Part shown: piece after piece, positions 1 through 9,214 of the stretch
Numbering within the stretch: the stretch's first letter is position 1
How the letters are laid out: each line of letters begins with the position of its first letter
Translations under genes and position numbers: made by a program
Source of the DNA: Candidatus Avispirillum sp.
GTDB lineage: Bacteria > Bacillota > Clostridia > Oscillospirales > CAG-272
NCBI GenBank assembly: GCA_045631345.1
Contig: JAZQUP010000019.1
Span: forward strand, 18,739-82,738
DNA: 64,000 nt
Reading direction: 5' to 3'
Notes under the pieces: model-generated
Databases searched by the model: none
The model's input: the letters and a program-made list of their open reading frames with translations, nothing else
Told to the model about the DNA's origin: nothing

Positions 1-618
1 ATGAAAATAGTCAACATGGTCCATTTCGATGTTAAGCACAACTGCAACTGTGGGATAGAAATCAAGGAAAGAGTCCATATATTCGCAGGCTTCAAAAACG
101 AAATAATTTTCTCCTCCGATTCTGTATTCGCTTCCAACATCCTTCATAATACCGCCGCAGCTTGCTGTTGGATCAAGGCCTGCATCAGAGAATATTTTTG
201 CTGTCATTGATGTTGTAGTTGTTTTGCCGTGCATACCTGAAAGTCCGATTCGGCAATTATATCCGGACATAACATATCCAAGATAGTCTGCTCTGGAAAC
301 GCAGGGAATTCCTCTGCGAAGAGCTTCGGCATATTCGGGGGTGTCTGCAGGGATAGCAACAGTGTATATAAGCATTCCGCACCCGTCAATATGAGAAGCA
401 TCGTTTTCATAATAAACGTCAATGCCCATTTTTTCAAGAGCAGCGGTTATAGCAGAGCTTGAACGGTCATATCCGCTTACCTCATAACCTCTGAGATGAG
501 ATATTCTTGCAAGGGAGCACATGCTAACGCCGCCAATGCCTGCAAAAAACAGTTTTTTTGTTCCTTCAAGCATACGGGCAATTTCAGCCGCTCCATAATG
601 TGTATTCTCAAGTGCCAT
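1..618 (-). CDS. murC: UDP-N-acetylmuramate--L-alanine ligase, N-terminal part (gene continues beyond window start)
   Basis: Own minus-strand translation from ATG at 618: MALENTHYGAAEIARMLEGTKKLFFAGIGGVSMCSLARISHLRGYEVSGYD...RIGLSGMHGKTTTTSMTAK. It shows the Mur-ligase N-terminal GIGGxxM fold and GxxGKTT P-loop, in frame for all 206 codons. It is absent from the ORF track because no stop lies inside the window. Confidence 0.85.
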   Translation of the reverse strand, partial: MALENTHYGAAEIARMLEGTKKLFFAGIGGVSMCSLARISHLRGYEVSGYDRSSSAITAALEKMGIDVYYENDASHIDGCGMLIYTVAIPADTPEYAEALRRGIPCVSRADYLGYVMSGYNCRIGLSGMHGKTTTTSMTAKIFSDAGLDPTASCGGIMKDVGSEYRIGGENYFVFEACEYMDSFLDFYPTVAVVLNIEMDHVDYFH

Positions 619-745
619 ATCAAAAAACTCCATTCGCCAGATGATATAAATATCTACCTTAAATTATATCACACAAAAAAGCAAATTAACAGAGTTTTTT
701 GAAATAAAAAGAAATAATAGCCATTAAAACAAGGAGAGCGAATTA

Positions 746-774
746 TTGACAACTTAATTAAGGGAGAGTATAAT
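746..774 (+). promoter_or_regulatory. sigma-A-type promoter, exact TTGACA-17-TATAAT, upstream of nfo
   Basis: TTGACA at 746-751 and TATAAT at 769-774, with a 17-nt spacer, about 38 nt upstream of the nfo ATG. Confidence 0.7.
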
Positions 775-811
775 CAAATACAGCACATATGTTTGTTTTT
801 TGGAGATAATT

Positions 812-1654
812 ATGTTTTATATAGGATGTCATTTGTCGGTGTCCGGCGGATATGAATCAATGGGAAAAACTGCCCTTTCGATCGGAGCCAACACCTTCCA
901 GTATTTCACAAGAAATCCTCGTGGACGTGGCTTCAAGCGCCCCGCTCAATCAGATGTTGAGGCTCTTGTTGCGCTTATGCGGGATAATGGCTTTGCGCCA
1001 ACTTTGGCTCATGCTCCCTACACGTTTAATCCTGCTTCGGCTGAAGAAAGAATATGGCAGTATTCCTGCGATTCTATGGTGGAGGATATGGAAATACTTG
1101 AGAATATTCCCGGAGCTCTCTATAATTTTCATCCCGGATGTCACGTTGGAATGGGAACAGAGGCAGGAATTGAGAATATTGTAAAGCTGCTTGACAGAGT
1201 TATAACTCCCGGTCAGAACACAACTGTTCTTCTTGAAACCATGGCAGGAAAGGGAAGCGAGATCGGCGGCAGATTTGAGGAACTTGCTGAGATAATCAGG
1301 CTTACGGATGAAAGCAAAAGAGCGCATCTGGGAGTTTGCCTTGATACTTGTCACGTGTCCGACGGAGGATATGATATAGCCGGTAACACAGATGAGGTGC
1401 TTGATGAGTTTGACAGGATTGTTGGGCTTGATCGTTTGCATGCAATTCATCTGAACGATTCAAAGAATTCACTTGGAGCAAAAAAGGACCGCCACGAAAA
1501 GATCGGAGAGGGATTTTTGGGAATTGAGGGAGTTAAAAATATAATAACAAACTCAAGAATTGCTCATCTTCCTTTTTATCTTGAAACACCTAACGAGCTT
1601 GAGGGATATGCGGCAGAAATCGCTTTGCTGAAGGGGATCAGAAATGACGCTTGA
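812..1654 (+). CDS. nfo: deoxyribonuclease IV (endonuclease IV, AP endonuclease family 2)
   Basis: The ORF track gives 800..1654 with a TTG start. The ATG at 812 lies 6 nt after GGAG and is preferred. Metal-ligand motifs seen: LAHAPY, NFHPGCH, LLETMAGKGSE, GVCLDTCH, AIHLNDSK. Confidence 0.9.
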   Translation: MFYIGCHLSVSGGYESMGKTALSIGANTFQYFTRNPRGRGFKRPAQSDVEALVALMRDNGFAPTLAHAPYTFNPASAEERIWQYSCDSMVEDMEILENIPGALYNFHPGCHVGMGTEAGIENIVKLLDRVITPGQNTTVLLETMAGKGSEIGGRFEELAEIIRLTDESKRAHLGVCLDTCHVSDGGYDIAGNTDEVLDEFDRIVGLDRLHAIHLNDSKNSLGAKKDRHEKIGEGFLGIEGVKNIITNSRIAHLPFYLETPNELEGYAAEIALLKGIRNDA

Positions 1655-2147
1655 CAGATCGGTTACAGCTTGTTTCACGGGCCATAGGGATATAGATGAT
1701 TATGACGAGGATGCGCTTAGAGAGCTGATCTGCAAAACGATTCTCATATATATAAAGCGTGGATATAAAAACTTTATATGCGGCGGCGCAGTTGGATTTG
1801 ATTCGCTTGCGTCGGAATGCGTTGTTCTTCTTCGTAAGGACTATGATATAAAGCTTATACTTGCTTTGCCTTGCCGTGATCAAACATCCAAATGGAACAG
1901 TACAGAGGAGCTTGTATTTTATAAAAAAATGCTTGGCGCCGCAGATGATGTTGTTTATACAAGTGTTATGTATTCAAAGGGCTGTATGCATCTTAGAAAC
2001 AGATATATGGTAGATAACAGCAGTGTGTGCATAGCCTATAAAACAAGCGAAAAGGGTGGCACTGCATATACCTGCAGATATGCAGAAAAATCAGGCGCTG
2101 AGGTTGTCAATTTGGGTAGATTTGCGACACAACTCAGCTTTTGTTGA
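1644..2147 (+). CDS. SLOG-fold protein, DUF1273/YpsA-like
   Basis: 167 aa. The pattern CFTGHR...ICGGAVGFD...ALPCRDQTSKW...LRNRYMVD...GGTAYT is characteristic of clostridial DUF1273/SLOG proteins. The start overlaps the nfo stop by 11 nt. Confidence 0.7.
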   Translation: MTLDRSVTACFTGHRDIDDYDEDALRELICKTILIYIKRGYKNFICGGAVGFDSLASECVVLLRKDYDIKLILALPCRDQTSKWNSTEELVFYKKMLGAADDVVYTSVMYSKGCMHLRNRYMVDNSSVCIAYKTSEKGGTAYTCRYAEKSGAEVVNLGRFATQLSFC

Positions 2148-2198
2148 TAATTGTCTAATAGTTTGTTCAAAAATACAAAACAATTTATTAATAATTGG

Positions 2199-2227
2199 TT
2201 GACTTTTCTCTGTGAAAGAGGTATAAT
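2199..2227 (+). promoter_or_regulatory. sigma-A-type promoter (TTGACT-17-TATAAT) for the small ORF
   Basis: TTGACT at 2199-2204 and TATAAT at 2222-2227, with a 17-nt spacer. Confidence 0.65.
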
Positions 2228-2254
2228 ACTTATAGAGAAAAGGAGGGACTAAGT

Positions 2255-2392
2255 ATGTTTTGTTATGAAACCGGAATGGTTATATTTGACCGAGCGCTCA
2301 CATATCTTGATGCGCTTTCAGTCCTTGCCGCTCTTCTTATAGTCTCTTTTGTGATATATATTTCGGTGAGACAGAGAAGAAAAAATAAGTAA
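2255..2392 (+). CDS. unannotated 45-aa small membrane protein (below the ORF-track size cut-off)
   Basis: ATG at 2255 follows AAGGAGGGA with 5-nt spacing. Translation: MFCYETGMVIFDRALTYLDALSVLAALLIVSFVIYISVRQRRKNK, with one hydrophobic helix and a basic C-terminus. It has its own promoter and terminator. Confidence 0.45.
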   Translation: MFCYETGMVIFDRALTYLDALSVLAALLIVSFVIYISVRQRRKNK

Positions 2393-2403
2393 AGATCAGA
2401 ATT

Positions 2404-2446
2404 CAGCCCAACTTCTTTATGAGAGGTCGGGCTGCTTTGTTTTTGT
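2404..2446 (+). terminator. intrinsic terminator after the small ORF
   Basis: Stem CAGCCC(2404-2409)/GGGCTG(2429-2434), extended by 2 bp after one mismatch, followed by CTTTGTTTTTG. Confidence 0.55.
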
Positions 2447-2476
2447 AAAAGAATGTGTGAGAGCGTTTTTGTTTTC

Positions 2477-2505
2477 TTGACAAAAAAGCGTTTTGGGAGT
2501 ATAAT
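2477..2505 (+). promoter_or_regulatory. sigma-A-type promoter, exact TTGACA-17-TATAAT, upstream of rpiR-family gene
   Basis: TTGACA at 2477-2482 and TATAAT at 2500-2505. Confidence 0.7.
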
Positions 2506-2543
2506 TTTATAGATAAGTAATAAATAAAATTGCGGAGGCAAAA

Positions 2544-3419
2544 ATGTCTTCAGACCTTTCAGAAATTATAAATAATGCGCGTCCCAATTTTTCAAAGGGA
2601 CAGCGCAGAATCGTTGAATATATAACAGAGCATCCCGAGGAAGCTGCCTATATGACAGCTGCTCAGCTTGGCAGAGTTGCGGGAGTTTCCGAGTCAACTG
2701 TGGTGCGCTTTGCGCTTGAGCTTGGCTTCAGCGGCTATCCTGAATTGCACAGGGCTATGCAGGAGTCTCTTCAGAAAAGCTTAACAAGTGTTCAGAGAGT
2801 TCGTGTTTCAAACGATCGTCTTCCTGATGAAAAGCTTCTTGACGCTGTGCTTGAAAGAGATATAGCACAGATCAGAGCAACTCTTGAAATCGTGGACAGA
2901 GCTGCTTTTGATGCGGCGGTTGAGGCGATACTTTCAGCAGGAAAAATATATATTATAGGAATGCGCTCTTCATTTGCATTAGCAGAGTTTCTTGAATATT
3001 ATCTTTCCTTGATCTTCCCCAATGTTCAGCTTGTTCGAAATGCGGGAGGAAGTGAAATTTTTGAGCAGATGATGAATATAAGCGAGGGCGACACTATCGT
3101 TGCTATCAGCTTCCCCAGATATTCATCAAGAATAATTAACGCAGTTGATTTTGCCAGTCGAAGCGGAGCAAAGGTTGTTGCTATAACAGATAGTATGTCT
3201 TCTCCCATTGCAAAGCCTGCATATGCAGCGCTTTGCGCAAAGAGTAATATGGCATCATTTGCAGATTCGCTTGTTGCTCCTCTTTCTATTATCAACGCTC
3301 TTATTGCGGCTATAAGCAAGAAGAAGAACGATGAGATCTCTGCTGCTCTCACAAAGCTTGAGCATGCATGGGATGAATATCATGTTTACGATAAAAAGGG
3401 TATGGGTAAAAAGCTGTGA
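2544..3419 (+). CDS. RpiR/MurR-family transcriptional regulator (HTH + SIS domain)
   Basis: 291 aa. N-terminal HTH (AAQLGRVAGVSESTVVRFALELGFSGY) and a C-terminal SIS-like phosphosugar-binding region (IYIIGMRSSFALA...VAISFPRYS). Confidence 0.85.
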   Translation: MSSDLSEIINNARPNFSKGQRRIVEYITEHPEEAAYMTAAQLGRVAGVSESTVVRFALELGFSGYPELHRAMQESLQKSLTSVQRVRVSNDRLPDEKLLDAVLERDIAQIRATLEIVDRAAFDAAVEAILSAGKIYIIGMRSSFALAEFLEYYLSLIFPNVQLVRNAGGSEIFEQMMNISEGDTIVAISFPRYSSRIINAVDFASRSGAKVVAITDSMSSPIAKPAYAALCAKSNMASFADSLVAPLSIINALIAAISKKKNDEISAALTKLEHAWDEYHVYDKKGMGKKL

Positions 3420-4654
3420 GTGAAAACAGAGTTGCGGTTATAGGCGGCGGCGCTGCAGGAATGATGGCGGCAATATTTGCGCTTTCATCAGGTGCAGATG
3501 TTGTTTTGTTTGAGCCTAATAAAATGCTGGGCAAAAAGCTGAGAATAACAGGCAAGGGCAGATGCAATGTAACCAATAATTGCGAGAGCGCTGAGCTTAT
3601 GCAGAATATCACAAGAAACGGAAAGTTTATGTATAGCTCTGTAAATCGCTTTAAGCCTTCCGATGTTATGAGCTTTTTTGAAGATGCGGGCGTTCCTCTT
3701 AAAACAGAAAGAGGAAGAAGAGTTTTTCCTCAGTCCGACAGAGCGGCAGATGTGGTTTGGGCTCTTGAAAAAAAGCTTAATGAGCTTGGTTGCCATATCG
3801 TTAAGGAACGTATAAACAATATAAAGATTGAAAACGGTGCGGTTTGCGCTGTGTGCAGTGAAAAACAGGAATATCCCTGCAAGGCGGCAATTCTTGCAAC
3901 AGGCGGTGTTTCTTATACAGGAACAGGGTCAACAGGTGATGGACACAGAATGGCAAGAGAGCTTGGTCTTGATGTAACAGAATTGAAGCCCTCACTCGTT
4001 CCTGTTGTCACAAAGGATAAAACAGAGGAAATGATGGGTCTGACGCTGAAAAATGTCACACTCACAGTTTCAAGAGGTGAAAAAAAGGTTTATTCGGAAT
4101 TGGGCGAAATGCTGTTCACTCATTTTGGCATTTCAGGTCCCCTTGTTCTTTCCGCATCTGCGCATATGCAAACAGGCAGTGTGCGTGATTATAAAATGGA
4201 AATAGACCTGAAGCCTGCGCTCAGCGAGGCTGAGCTTGACAGAAGAGTTCTTTCAGATTTTGAAAAATATTCTGCAAGAGATTTTGTGAATGCTTTAGGT
4301 GATCTGCTTCCCAGAAAGCTTATTCCTTCAGTTATAAGAAAAAGCGGTATTCCCGAAAGAATAAAGGTTTCTTCTGTAACAAAGGAAATGAGAGGGCGCC
4401 TTGTGCAAACTCTTAAGGCTTATCCATTAACTCCTGTTTCCTTCAGACCTATTGAAGAAGCAATCATCACATGCGGCGGCGTTTCGGTCAAGGAGATAGA
4501 TCCCAAAACTATGATGAGCAAAAAGGTCAGCGGACTTTTCGTTGCAGGAGAGCTGCTTGATCTTGATGCATATACAGGTGGATATAACCTGCAGATAGCC
4601 TGGTCCACAGGAAAAACAGCAGGTGAGTCTGCAGCGGCTATGGTTAACGACTAA
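3416..4654 (+). CDS. NAD(P)/FAD-dependent oxidoreductase, HI0933/BaiN-like flavoprotein
   Basis: 412 aa. The GTG start overlaps the rpiR stop. FAD fold VIGGGAAGMMAA at the N-terminus and GGYNLQIAWSTG near the C-terminus. Confidence 0.85.
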   Translation: MSENRVAVIGGGAAGMMAAIFALSSGADVVLFEPNKMLGKKLRITGKGRCNVTNNCESAELMQNITRNGKFMYSSVNRFKPSDVMSFFEDAGVPLKTERGRRVFPQSDRAADVVWALEKKLNELGCHIVKERINNIKIENGAVCAVCSEKQEYPCKAAILATGGVSYTGTGSTGDGHRMARELGLDVTELKPSLVPVVTKDKTEEMMGLTLKNVTLTVSRGEKKVYSELGEMLFTHFGISGPLVLSASAHMQTGSVRDYKMEIDLKPALSEAELDRRVLSDFEKYSARDFVNALGDLLPRKLIPSVIRKSGIPERIKVSSVTKEMRGRLVQTLKAYPLTPVSFRPIEEAIITCGGVSVKEIDPKTMMSKKVSGLFVAGELLDLDAYTGGYNLQIAWSTGKTAGESAAAMVND

Positions 4655-4689
4655 AAAGAATATAACGTTTCAAGAAAGGTTATAATATT

Positions 4690-5370
4690 ATGGATAAAAT
4701 CAGAATTGCAATTGACGGCCCCAGCGGAAGCGGAAAAAGCACTCTGGCAAAAAATCTTGCTCGTGAAATGAGCCTTGTTTATGTGGATACAGGAGCGCTT
4801 TATCGCTCTGTTGGTCTTTACGTTATGCGCGCAGGTGCTGATCCCAAATCTGCATCTCAGGTAACAGCTCTTCTTGGCGAAATTGATCTGAAGCTTGTTT
4901 ATACAGAGCAGGGACAGAGAGTTGTTCTTTGCGGAGAAGACGTTTCCGATCTTATCAGAACAAATGAGATCTCTATGTATGCGTCTGCAGTTTCAGCGAT
5001 TCCCTCAGTTCGTAAATTCCTTCTTGAAATTCAGAAGAAGATGGCAATGGCAGGAAATGTTGTTATGGACGGACGTGATATAGGAACAGTTATAATGCCC
5101 GATGCTGACGTTAAATTCTTCCTTGAATCAAACACTAAAGCAAGAGCGCGCCGCCGTTATGAGGAGCTTCTTGCCAAGGGTCATACATATACAGAAGAAG
5201 AAATATATGCAGATATTGTCAAGAGAGATAAAAACGATAGCAGCCGAGAGGTTGCTCCCGCTGTTCCTGCAGATGATGCGATTTTCCTTGACAATTCAGA
5301 GTTCACACCTGAACAAACTCTTGAAAGAGCAATGAGTATCATTGCTGAAAAGCTGAAGAGAAAGAATTAA
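4690..5370 (+). CDS. cmk: cytidylate kinase
   Basis: 226 aa. P-loop IAIDGPSGSGKST, then GRDIGTV. It sits in the conserved cmk-plsC-ispH/rpsA order. Confidence 0.95.
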   Translation: MDKIRIAIDGPSGSGKSTLAKNLAREMSLVYVDTGALYRSVGLYVMRAGADPKSASQVTALLGEIDLKLVYTEQGQRVVLCGEDVSDLIRTNEISMYASAVSAIPSVRKFLLEIQKKMAMAGNVVMDGRDIGTVIMPDADVKFFLESNTKARARRRYEELLAKGHTYTEEEIYADIVKRDKNDSSREVAPAVPADDAIFLDNSEFTPEQTLERAMSIIAEKLKRKN

Positions 5371-5411
5371 GGTGTTTTCCAAACTGTTTCTCAGGTATAT
5401 GGGAGGTAAAT

Positions 5412-6011
5412 ATGTCAGCATACAGTAGATTATATAAAATCCTTGCAAAGCCCCTTCGCGCTGTTTTTTCTTTGAAGGTTGAAGGAGAGGCTGCGCTTGA
5501 TGATAATAAGGGCTATCTGCTTTGTGCCAATCACACAGGTCTGCTTGATGTTATAGTGCTTGCAGTAAGTCTTCGTCGTCAGCCACGCTTTATGGGAAAG
5601 AAAGAGCTTTTTAAAATCCCTGTGCTTAAGCAGCTTATAACAGCGCTTGGCGCATTTCCTGTAGATCGCAGTGGTGGAGATGTTGGCGCCATCAGAAAAA
5701 CTATCAGCCTTGTTGAAAAGGGCGAGCTTGTTGGAATGTTTCCTCAGGGAACAAGACACCCCGGTGTTGACCCTCGCACAACAGAGGTAAAAAACGGAGC
5801 TGGTATGATTGCCTACAGAGCTAAATGCGATGTTGTTCCCGTTTATATCAAGACGAAGAATAATCACACAATGCTGTTCAGACGTACAACAGTTGTTTTC
5901 GGTGCGCCTATATCATATGAAGAATTTGGATTTACAGAGGGCGGCACAAAGGAATATAAAGCAGCAAGCCGGCTTATATTTGACAGAATATGTGATCTGG
6001 GCGAAAAATAA
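5412..6011 (+). CDS. plsC: 1-acyl-sn-glycerol-3-phosphate acyltransferase
   Basis: 199 aa. HxxxxD acyltransferase motif (CANHTGLLDV) and FPQGTR. Confidence 0.85.
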   Translation: MSAYSRLYKILAKPLRAVFSLKVEGEAALDDNKGYLLCANHTGLLDVIVLAVSLRRQPRFMGKKELFKIPVLKQLITALGAFPVDRSGGDVGAIRKTISLVEKGELVGMFPQGTRHPGVDPRTTEVKNGAGMIAYRAKCDVVPVYIKTKNNHTMLFRRTTVVFGAPISYEEFGFTEGGTKEYKAASRLIFDRICDLGEK

Positions 6012-6025
6012 AGGAAAATAATGTA

Positions 6026-8050
6026 ATGAATATAAATATTGCAAAACACGCAGGCTTTTGCTTCGGCGTGCGCAGAGCAACAGATTTTGCTGAAAAGGCG
6101 CTTCTTGAAGGCGAAGGCAAGATCTATACTCTTGGAAGACTTATACATAATGACGGATATACAGAAAATCTTCGCAGACGAGGCGCAACTGAAATATCAG
6201 CAGATAAAATTGACAGCATTTGCGAAAAGGCTGCTAATGGCGAGAAGATAACTGTTATTATCCGAGCTCACGGAGAAATAAAGGAAAATGTTGACAAATT
6301 GAAAAAATGCGCTGAGCAGTTTCCCAATTTCAGGGTACTTGACGGAACTTGCCCTTATGTAACTAAGGTTAGAAAAATTGCAAGAGAAAATTCCGGAGAG
6401 GGCAAACTTTTTGTGCTGATAGGAGCAGAAGATCACCCTGAGGTTAAGGGAATCGTTAGTTGCTGCGTTGGCGAATGGAAAGTTTTCTCAGACGCTGAGG
6501 AACTTTCGATGTGGTTATCATCAGAAAATTCTCCTAAAGAGGAGAATGTAACCGTTACTTTGGCGGCTCAAACCACACAAAAATTGTCAGAATGGAAAAA
6601 ATGTTTGGAAATTATCAAAAAAGTATATACAAATGCTTTAATTTTTGATACAATATGTAATGTTACGGAAGAAAGGCAGACAGAAGCTGCGCAGCTTGCC
6701 TCAGAATCAGATGCAATGATCGTTATAGGCAGTCGTGGTTCATCAAACACAGTTAAGCTTTATGAAATATGCAAATCTGTCTGTGACAACACATTCCTTT
6801 TGGAGAATGCTTCAACCTTGAAAGAGGTGAAAATTCCCCCGTGCAATAATTTATCAATAACTGCCGGCGCATCGACGCCGTTCAGTGTAATACAGGAGGT
6901 TAAACAAACAATGAGCGAAAAGAATTTTGCAGAACTGCTCGAAGAATCAATGAAAACATTAAATACAGGAGATATCGTTACCGGTGTTGTTACATCTATT
7001 TCTCAGAACGAAATAACACTTGATCTGGGTACAAAGACAACAGGCGTAATCGTTCATGATAAACTCACAAACGATCCCTCCGCTAAGCTTGACGAAATGT
7101 TCAAGATCGGCGATGAGGTTAAGGCTAAGGTTATCAGAGTTAGTGATATCGAAGGTATCGCAATGCTCGACAAGCTTCGTGTAGACAGCGAACAGAACTG
7201 GTACGGCATCGTTGCTAAGTACGAAGCAGGCGAAGCAGTAGAAGGTAAGGTTGTTGAGGTTGTTAAGGGCGGCCTTATCATTTCCATCGACAGCGTTCGT
7301 GTATTCATTCCCGCATCCCTTTCCGGCGTTGCTAAGGAAGCTGGCCCCGAGGCTCTTCAGGCTCTCGTAGGCACAACACAGAAGGTTAAGATCATTGAAA
7401 TCAAGGAAGACCGCAAGAGAGCATTTGCTTCCATCCGTGCTATTCAGAGAGAAGAGCGCAAGGCTAAGGAAGAAGCTTTCTGGAGCCAGGTTGAAGTTGG
7501 TCAGATTTTTGAAGGTCCTATCAAGGGTCTCACAAACTATGGCGCATTCGTAGACCTTGGTTGTGTTGATGGTATGGTACATACAAGCGAGCTCTCCTGG
7601 AGACGCATCAAGCATCCTTCTGAGGTTGTTAAGGTTGGCGACGTTATCAAGGTATACGTTAAGGCTCTTGATCGTGAAAAGGGTAGAATCTCTCTTGGCT
7701 ACAAGACAGAGGATATGGATCCCTGGAACATCTTCAACAGCAAGTATTCTGTTGGTGATACAGCAAGCGTTAAGATCGTTTCTCTCATGCCCTTCGGTGC
7801 ATTTGCAGAAGTAGTTCCCGGCGCTGACGGTCTTATCCACATCAGCCAGATCGCTGATCACAAGATCGCAACACCTGCAGAGGTTCTCAATGTTGGTGAT
7901 GTTGTTGACGCTAAGGTTACAGCTATCGACGAAGAAAACCGCAAGATCAGCCTTTCTATCCGTGCTCTCATCGAAGATGCTAAGGCAGCTGAAGAAGCAG
8001 CAGCTGAAGAGGTTCTCGCTGAGATCAACGCAGAAGCAGACGCTGAGTAA
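6026..8050 (+). CDS. ispH: bifunctional 4-hydroxy-3-methylbut-2-enyl diphosphate reductase / ribosomal protein S1 fusion
   Basis: 674 aa. The N-terminal ~285 aa are IspH/LytB-like (HAGFCFGVRRA, ...TCPYVTKV...). These are followed by four S1 OB-fold repeats (GDIVTGVV.., GEAVEGKVV.., GQIFEGPIK.., GDTASVKIV..). Confidence 0.9.
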   Translation: MNINIAKHAGFCFGVRRATDFAEKALLEGEGKIYTLGRLIHNDGYTENLRRRGATEISADKIDSICEKAANGEKITVIIRAHGEIKENVDKLKKCAEQFPNFRVLDGTCPYVTKVRKIARENSGEGKLFVLIGAEDHPEVKGIVSCCVGEWKVFSDAEELSMWLSSENSPKEENVTVTLAAQTTQKLSEWKKCLEIIKKVYTNALIFDTICNVTEERQTEAAQLASESDAMIVIGSRGSSNTVKLYEICKSVCDNTFLLENASTLKEVKIPPCNNLSITAGASTPFSVIQEVKQTMSEKNFAELLEESMKTLNTGDIVTGVVTSISQNEITLDLGTKTTGVIVHDKLTNDPSAKLDEMFKIGDEVKAKVIRVSDIEGIAMLDKLRVDSEQNWYGIVAKYEAGEAVEGKVVEVVKGGLIISIDSVRVFIPASLSGVAKEAGPEALQALVGTTQKVKIIEIKEDRKRAFASIRAIQREERKAKEEAFWSQVEVGQIFEGPIKGLTNYGAFVDLGCVDGMVHTSELSWRRIKHPSEVVKVGDVIKVYVKALDREKGRISLGYKTEDMDPWNIFNSKYSVGDTASVKIVSLMPFGAFAEVVPGADGLIHISQIADHKIATPAEVLNVGDVVDAKVTAIDEENRKISLSIRALIEDAKAAEEAAAEEVLAEINAEADAE

Positions 8051-8068
8051 TTAAAAATCAAGTCAAGT

Positions 8069-8101
8069 AAAACGCTCCGATTTAAACGGAGCGTTTTTTT
8101 T
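8069..8101 (+). terminator. intrinsic terminator after ispH/rpsA
   Basis: Stem AACGCTCCG(8071-8079)/CGGAGCGTT(8087-8095), followed by a T-run to 8101. Confidence 0.85.
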
Positions 8102-8182
8102 GTGCCATAGGGTTTACCTGTGAATAAAAAATTCTACCTTGCCAACAATATAAAGGAAAGAAATATAGGTTGGTAAACGAAA

Positions 8183-9214
8183 ATGGCTATAGAAATAAAA
8201 AAACAGGTGTATATAGTGTCCTCGGCAACAGTAGTTGGAATTGAGGAGAAGGAAGGCCCATTGGGAGATTTTTTTCACGAAATCGATAATATAGATGACA
8301 CCTTTGGATGCGATACATGGGAAAAAGCTGAAAGCGAAATGCAAAGAATTGCTCTTGGAAAGGCGCTTTCTTTTGCAGGGAAAAAGGATAGCGAAATTGA
8401 AATACTTTTTGCAGGTGACCTTCTTAATCAATGTATTGGATCAAACTATGGACTTCTTGATTATGATATAGGATATGTGGGGTTGTACGGAGCCTGCTCA
8501 ACAGCGGCTGAAGGTATGATGCTTGCGGCAATGCTTTGCGGCGGAGGTATTGCCAAAACATGCGCTTCGGTTGCATCATCCCATAATGCATCTGCTGAGC
8601 GACAGTTTCGTTCACCGCTTGAGTATGGCGGACAGCGCTCGCCAACAGCACAGTGGACAGTAACAGGCGCCGGTGCATATGTTATTTCCTCAGAAAAGTC
8701 AGCTCTTGATTTTGAAAGAAATAAGCCCTTGTATGCTGCAAGAATAACTGCTGTTCAGGTAGGGCGAAGCCTTGATGCAGGAATAAATGATGTAACCAAT
8801 ATGGGTGCTGCTATGGCGCCTGCGGCTGCAGATACAATCATCAGGTTTTTCAAAGAAACAAATCAGCGAGGAAAGGATTTTGATCTTATTTTAACGGGGG
8901 ACCTTGGCTATGAGGGGACTGTGATATTGCGGGATATAATGAAAAATGAGGGTTATGATATAAGCGCATGTCATAATGATTGCGGGCTTCTTATTTATAA
9001 CAGAAAGCTGCAGGATAAGCACGCAGGCGGAAGCGGATGCGGATGCAGCGCAGTTGTTTTTGGCGCTTATATCCTTGAAAAGCTGAAGCAGGGGAAATAT
9101 AAGAAAATATTGTTTGTGGGAACAGGAGCTCTTATGAGCCCAATGAGCCTTCAACAAGGGCTATCTATTCCGGGAATTGCTCATCTTGTTCAGATAGAAG
9201 GTGAAAAGCTGTGA
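8183..9214 (+). CDS. spoVAD: stage V sporulation protein AD
   Basis: 343 aa. Thiolase-like SpoVAD pattern (VGIEEKEGPLGDFF, FAGDLLNQ, YGACST). It is followed by spoVAEb. Confidence 0.9.
   Translation: MAIEIKKQVYIVSSATVVGIEEKEGPLGDFFHEIDNIDDTFGCDTWEKAESEMQRIALGKALSFAGKKDSEIEILFAGDLLNQCIGSNYGLLDYDIGYVGLYGACSTAAEGMMLAAMLCGGGIAKTCASVASSHNASAERQFRSPLEYGGQRSPTAQWTVTGAGAYVISSEKSALDFERNKPLYAARITAVQVGRSLDAGINDVTNMGAAMAPAAADTIIRFFKETNQRGKDFDLILTGDLGYEGTVILRDIMKNEGYDISACHNDCGLLIYNRKLQDKHAGGSGCGCSAVVFGAYILEKLKQGKYKKILFVGTGALMSPMSLQQGLSIPGIAHLVQIEGEKL

Noticed and set aside
2263-2541. 92-aa minus-strand ORF
   Set aside because: It overlaps the well-signalled plus-strand small ORF, its terminator and the rpiR promoter. 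It has no RBS and a low-complexity product.
6026-8050. IspH-ribosomal protein S1 fusion as a novel architecture
   Set aside because: This fusion, downstream of cmk-plsC, is a known and widespread arrangement in Clostridia.
8101-8182. Sigma-G/forespore-type promoter upstream of spoVAD (TGAATA ... CAATATA)
   Set aside because: The spacer is about 19 nt and the -10 match is poor. That is not enough to support a call.
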